Origin: an uncultured Christensenella sp.
GTDB lineage: Bacteria > Bacillota > Clostridia > Christensenellales > CAG-138
Reading direction: 5' to 3'
Assembly: GCA_964426415.1 (NCBI GenBank)
Contig: CAYRQM010000003.1
Location: 9,935-73,934, forward strand
DNA: 64,000 nt
Shown here: one piece after another, positions 59,774 to 64,000 of the stretch
Position numbering within the stretch: the first letter of the stretch is position 1
How the letters are laid out: each line of letters starts with the position of its first letter
Translations under genes and position numbers: made by a program
Notes under the pieces: model-generated
Databases searched by the model: none
What the model saw: only the letters and a program-made list of their open reading frames with translations
What the model was told of the DNA's origin: nothing

Positions 59774-61248
59774 AGGCGCATAAGGGGTGCAATCACCCGT
59801 TCCTCCATTTCGGTTCGTGTAACCACGTCGGGATGCAGCGTGGGCTTGGACTTTAACGCCGCAAAGCTTTCGGGAATCGGCGTATGGGTACGCGCCGAAA
59901 GCAGCGCCGCATTTTGGAAATCGTCGTCGGTTGACGGTTCCAGCGCGTTCAGAACGGCGGTGGAAAACTTGTACGGATTCGCCGTGGACAGCAGAATGGT
60001 TTGCGTTGTGTCGCCCGTGATGGCTTGGTATCGTTCGTAGATGGTTTGCGCCACCGCCGTGTGGGGATCGATGAGATAGCCGTATGTGTCGAACGTGCGG
60101 CGAATCGCTGCGGTCGTGCCCTCCTCGGTGCACCAATCCGCAAAGAACACATCGGCAAGCGCCGTGCGCATCGAAGCGTCGATGGAAAAGCTGCCCGTTT
60201 CTTTGAGGGTGCGCATCCGTTCGGCGGTTGCCTGCGCGTCGCGTCCCAGCACTTCGAACAGAAGCCGTTCCAGATTACTGGAGAGCAGAATGTCGATGGA
60301 GCAGCTCATGTCGCGGTAGAACGGGCGGTTGACGTCGTACACGCCTTGACGGAAAAAGTCGGACAGGACGTTGTTGCGGTTGGACGCCAAGAGAAGCCGA
60401 TGGACGGGCAAGCCCATGCGCTTTGCGTAGTAGCCCGCCAAGATGTCGCCGAAATTGCCCGTTGGCACGCAGAAATTGACGTCGTCGCCAAGGGCGATGG
60501 CGCCCAACTTGACCAAGCGCAGATAGGATGAAACGTAATAGACGATCTGCGGCACAAGGCGACCGAAGTTGATGGAGTTCGCACTGGAAAAGAGATAGCC
60601 GCAATCGGATAACCGTTTGCGCACGTCGGCGTCGGAAAAGATTTGCTTGACCGCCGTTTGCGCGTCGTCAAAGTTGCCTTCCACCGCGCAGACGTCCACA
60701 TTGGCGCCCTCTTGGGTGACCATTTGCAAGCGCTGCGCCTCGGATACGCCGCCGTGTGGATAAAACACCAGCACACGCGTGCCCGAAACGTCCCGAAAGC
60801 CCTCTAAGGCAGCCTTTCCCGTATCGCCCGAAGTTGCGACGAGGATGTAGACCGTGCGGGTTTCGCCGATGCGATCCAAGGAATCGCGCATGAGATAGGG
60901 CAACAGCTGCAGCGCCACGTCCTTGAACGCCATGGTCGGCCCGTGCCAAAGCTCTAAAACGGTTTCGGTATCGGTGAGGCGATGCAGCGGCGTGACGGAC
61001 TTGTCGTCGAAGGACGCATATGCTTTTTGCGTCATGGCACGCAGCGCTTCTTCGCCCGTGTCGGGCAGATACCGTGCCAAAATGCGTGCAGCCAGCGCGC
61101 AGTAATCGTCTGCCAGCGGCAGAAGCGCGGGCAGATCAAGCGGCGGGAACGATGTGGGAACGTACAGCCCGCCCAGCGGGCAAAGACCGCGCGCGATCGC
61201 TTGCGCGGCAGAAACGGGAGCGCCGCCGCGCGTGCTGACGTATTGCAT
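59770..61248 (-). CDS. thrC: Threonine synthase
   Basis: Start trimmed to ATG 61248 (MQYVSTRG). PLP-Lys motif GPTMAFKD. Long-form ThrC. Confidence 0.92.
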   Translation of the reverse strand: MQYVSTRGGAPVSAAQAIARGLCPLGGLYVPTSFPPLDLPALLPLADDYCALAARILARYLPDTGEEALRAMTQKAYASFDDKSVTPLHRLTDTETVLELWHGPTMAFKDVALQLLPYLMRDSLDRIGETRTVYILVATSGDTGKAALEGFRDVSGTRVLVFYPHGGVSEAQRLQMVTQEGANVDVCAVEGNFDDAQTAVKQIFSDADVRKRLSDCGYLFSSANSINFGRLVPQIVYYVSSYLRLVKLGAIALGDDVNFCVPTGNFGDILAGYYAKRMGLPVHRLLLASNRNNVLSDFFRQGVYDVNRPFYRDMSCSIDILLSSNLERLLFEVLGRDAQATAERMRTLKETGSFSIDASMRTALADVFFADWCTEEGTTAAIRRTFDTYGYLIDPHTAVAQTIYERYQAITGDTTQTILLSTANPYKFSTAVLNALEPSTDDDFQNAALLSARTHTPIPESFAALKSKPTLHPDVVTRTEMEERVIAPLMRL

Positions 61249-61259
61249 GAAAGTCCTTT

Positions 61260-61670
61260 CTATTTGAGGTACGTTTGCAAAAACGGCGGAAGCATTTGGG
61301 GCGCGCCGCTGACGCAAAGCACCAAGGTGATGTCGTGCTGCACCGTGTACGCTTCCAACTGCGCAAACAGCTCGGGCAAAGTATCCAAGTCGTGACGGAT
61401 CAGGTTGTTGAACGCGTCGATGTAGACAAATTCAAGATCGTGATCGGATGCGGCGATCCCGCAGAGAAAGCCATAAAACATTTTGGGCCCGGACAACGCG
61501 TATTCCGTGGCGTTGATGAAACGAATGGCAAGGTTGAGATCGAACATGTAGCTGTCGTCGTCGTCGATGAATACGACGCTTCCTTTTGCCTCTGCGGCAG
61601 AGCGATTGGCAAGCTCCAGCATACGCTTGGTCTTGCCGGACCCCTTTTCACCGAAAATGATTTGGATCAA
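61260..61670 (-). CDS. Mini P-loop NTPase, unassigned family
   Basis: Start moved to TTG 61670 (GGAGG 7 nt upstream). Walker A GEKGSGKT, Walker B-like VVFIDDDD. About 136 aa. 11 nt upstream of thrC. Confidence 0.55.
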   Translation of the reverse strand: MIQIIFGEKGSGKTKRMLELANRSAAEAKGSVVFIDDDDSYMFDLNLAIRFINATEYALSGPKMFYGFLCGIAASDHDLEFVYIDAFNNLIRHDLDTLPELFAQLEAYTVQHDITLVLCVSGAPQMLPPFLQTYLK

Positions 61671-61780
61671 TTCAGCACCTCCCAATGGTTGTTACGCACA
61701 TTATATCCTATCCTGCAAAATCTTTCAAGCACTATCTTCCATACAGAATTGGGACAAGCCCCCTTGCTTTGCAAATTTGC

Positions 61781-61808
61781 TTGACAAAACCGTCGATTCG
61801 CATAATAA
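61781..61808 (+). promoter_or_regulatory. glyQS promoter
   Basis: TTGACA (61781-86), 16 nt, TAATAA(T). GGAGGA at 61823 and ATG at 61837. Confidence 0.55.
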
Positions 61809-61836
61809 TGGTAGGAAAGTTTGGAGGATGATATTT

Positions 61837-63225
61837 ATGGCAAGAGAATACACAATGGACAAGATCGTCGCGCTTTGCAAGAATCGCGGCTTCATTTTTG
61901 CGGGCAGCGAAATTTACGGCGGCCTTTCGAACACGTGGGACTACGGCCCGCTCGGCGTCGAGTTCAAAAACAACGTAAAACGCGCATGGTGGAAGAAATT
62001 CGTCCAAGAATCCCCCTATAATGTGGGCATGGACGCCGCCATTTTGATGAATCCGCAGACGTGGGTCGCCAGTGGTCACGTCGGCAATTTTAACGACCCG
62101 CTGATGGACTGCAAGGCGTGCAAGGCACGGTTCCGCGCTGACAAGCTCATCGAGGACTACGCTTGGAAGAACAGCATCGACATCCATCCCGACGCCATGA
62201 GCCATCAGGAGATGCAGGACTACATCGTGGCGCACAACATCGTGTGCCCCGAATGCGGCAAGCTTGACTTCACGCCCATTCGCAAGTTCAACATGATGTT
62301 CAAAACCTTCCAAGGCGTCAACGAGGACACCGCAAGCCAGCTGTATCTGCGTCCCGAAACGGCACAGGGCATCTTTGTCAACTTCAAAAACGTGCAGCGC
62401 AGCACGCGCCGCAAAATTCCCTTCGGCATCTGCCAAATCGGCAAGAGCTTCCGCAATGAGATTACCCCGGGCAATTTCACCTTCCGCACCCGCGAATTCG
62501 AACAAATGGAGTGCGAATTCTTCTGCAAGCCCGGCACCGACATGGATTGGTACGTCTATTGGAAAGACGCCTGCAAGAACTTCCTGCTCGCGTTGGGCAT
62601 GACGCCCGATCATATGCGTCTGCGCGAGCACGAAAAAGAAGAGCTGTCCCACTATTCCAAGGGCACGACCGACATCGAATTCCTGTTCCCGTTCGGTTGG
62701 GGCGAGCTTTGGGGCGTGGCGGATCGTACCGACTTCGACCTCAAGGCGCATGCTGCCTGCAGCGGTGAAAATTTCGAGTATCTCGATCCGTTCACCAACG
62801 AGAAATATGTCCCCTACTGCATCGAGCCGTCCTTGGGTGCAGACCGCGTGGCGCTGGCATTTTTGTGCGACGCTTACGACGAAGAAGAAATCGCCGAGGG
62901 CGACACCCGCGTTGTGCTGCATCTGCATCCCGCGCTTGCGCCGTACAAAGCCGCCGTGCTGCCGCTTTCCAAAAAGCTGTCCGAGCAGGCAAACGAGGTT
63001 TATGCAGCGCTGTCCAAGTCCTTCATGGTAGACTTCGACGATACGGGCTCCATCGGCAAGCGCTATCGCCGCGAGGACGAAATCGGCACGCCGCTGTGCA
63101 TCACCTACGATTTTGAATCGCTCGAAGATCACTGCGTGACCGTGCGCGACCGCGACACCATGGAGCAAGTACGCATCTCGATCGACGACCTGCGCGGCTA
63201 CATCGAAGCAAAACTCAACTTCTGA
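61837..63225 (+). CDS. glyQS: Glycine--tRNA ligase (homodimeric GlyQS type)
   Basis: Start trimmed to ATG 61837 ([21 protein letters not shown]). Class II motifs FRNEITPG and GADR. C-terminal anticodon-binding domain. Confidence 0.93.
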   Translation: MAREYTMDKIVALCKNRGFIFAGSEIYGGLSNTWDYGPLGVEFKNNVKRAWWKKFVQESPYNVGMDAAILMNPQTWVASGHVGNFNDPLMDCKACKARFRADKLIEDYAWKNSIDIHPDAMSHQEMQDYIVAHNIVCPECGKLDFTPIRKFNMMFKTFQGVNEDTASQLYLRPETAQGIFVNFKNVQRSTRRKIPFGICQIGKSFRNEITPGNFTFRTREFEQMECEFFCKPGTDMDWYVYWKDACKNFLLALGMTPDHMRLREHEKEELSHYSKGTTDIEFLFPFGWGELWGVADRTDFDLKAHAACSGENFEYLDPFTNEKYVPYCIEPSLGADRVALAFLCDAYDEEEIAEGDTRVVLHLHPALAPYKAAVLPLSKKLSEQANEVYAALSKSFMVDFDDTGSIGKRYRREDEIGTPLCITYDFESLEDHCVTVRDRDTMEQVRISIDDLRGYIEAKLNF

Positions 63226-63232
63226 CCACTTT

Positions 63233-63259
63233 GCCTCCGCTTCGACGGAGGCGTATTTT
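63233..63259 (+). terminator. Hairpin after glyQS whose 3' arm carries the recD2 SD
   Basis: GCCTCCG-cttcga-CGGAGGC followed by GTATTTTA. ATG at 63260. Confidence 0.55.
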
Positions 63260-64000
63260 ATGGAAAAGAACGGCATTGTCCAAAGCATCATCTTCCGCAA
63301 CGCGTCAAACGGCTATACCGTGTTGGCGCTTGTTTCGGACGGCGCTGCGCTGCCATTGACGTGCGTTGGCGTGATGCCGCTGCTGAACGAGGGCGACCAA
63401 GTCCAAATGGAAGGCGAGATGGCGCACCACATTCGCTTTGGCGATCAGTTCGTCGTCCGCGCCTACCAACGGCAAGCGCCGTCCACCATCGGCGCCATCA
63501 TCGCGTATCTGTCGGGCGGCACGGTCAAGGGCGTAGGCCCCTCCATGGCGCGCATCATCGTCAGCCACTTTGGCATGGACACGCTGCGCATCATGGAGAA
63601 CGAACCGACACGGCTGACCGAAGTGCCCGGCATCGGCATGAAGAAAATGCGCATGATAGCCGATTCCTTCCTTTCGCAAAAGCAGCTCCGCGACATTCTT
63701 CTCGCGTTGGAGCCATATGGCGTGACCGTGGGACAAGCGCTGAAAATGCAGCAGGTCTATGGCGATCTGTGCCTTGCGAAGGTGCGTGAGAATCCCTATC
63801 AGCTCATCGACGACATCGAGGGCATTGGCTTTTTGACGGCGGATCGCATCGCGCAGAACGTCGCAGGCTTTGAGGTTGGCTCCCTTGCCCGCATCATGGC
63901 GGGCATTCGCTATGCGCTGCAGCGTGCGCGGGATGAACGCGGCGATTGCTATCTGCCCCGTCCCGTCCTGGAAAAGCACGCGTTTGCGCTTTTGGGTGCG
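63260..64000 (+). CDS. recD2: RecD2-type SF1B DNA helicase (N-terminal part, runs off window)
   Basis: Own translation MEKNGIVQSIIFRNASNGYTVLAL... with HhH segments (VPGIGMKKMRMIA, IEGIGFLTADRIA), typical of the RecD2/YrrC N-terminal region. No stop before the window end. Confidence 0.8.
   Translation, partial: MEKNGIVQSIIFRNASNGYTVLALVSDGAALPLTCVGVMPLLNEGDQVQMEGEMAHHIRFGDQFVVRAYQRQAPSTIGAIIAYLSGGTVKGVGPSMARIIVSHFGMDTLRIMENEPTRLTEVPGIGMKKMRMIADSFLSQKQLRDILLALEPYGVTVGQALKMQQVYGDLCLAKVRENPYQLIDDIEGIGFLTADRIAQNVAGFEVGSLARIMAGIRYALQRARDERGDCYLPRPVLEKHAFALLGA

Overview
The window looks like a GC-rich (by eye, high 50s percent) core chromosomal segment of a spore-forming Firmicute. It is probably a Clostridia / Oscillospiraceae-like organism, but that is an inference from gene content and repeat types only. 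I call about 60 protein genes, 2 tRNAs (Pro-GGG, Ala-GGC) and no rRNA, CRISPR, transposase or recognisable defence genes. Most genes are housekeeping and sit in blocks syntenic with Bacillus subtilis: yloC-remA-gmk-rpoZ-priA, pcrA-ligA, miaB-ymcA-mutS-mutL-miaA, and yloU-yloV-recG. Other recognisable genes include lexA, uvrC, recD2, glyQS, thrC, ahcY, a PBP1A, a two-component system, two alpha/beta SASPs, a NitT/TauT-like ABC importer and a heterodimeric ABC exporter pair. Many adjacent genes overlap by ATGA, which suggests translational coupling. The ORF track uses GTG/TTG starts and over-extends several N-termini, so I trimmed those starts to sites with a Shine-Dalgarno sequence. Two genes run off the window edges and are missing from the track (ABC exporter at 1-1845 minus, recD2 at 63260-64000 plus); I translated both by hand. 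The observations most worth a second look are: (1) a small acidic 3 x Cys4 repeat protein divergent from lexA, with a Cheo/SOS box just upstream of it; (2) a yedE-yedF-DUF3343 plus class-V PLP enzyme (selenium/sulfur trafficking) cluster driven by a two-fold symmetric pair of face-to-face promoters embedded in inverted repeats; (3) non-coding repeat biology, namely a 173-bp tandem repeat, an interspersed 75-nt hairpin element, two insertions flanked by duplicated terminator hairpins, and a conserved iteron-like module behind both tRNA genes; (4) a sortase-B-linked secreted protein with C-terminal Cys3-His repeat modules. I found no clear multi-gene novel system. All functional assignments rest on motifs I could read in the translations and on synteny, not on database searches.
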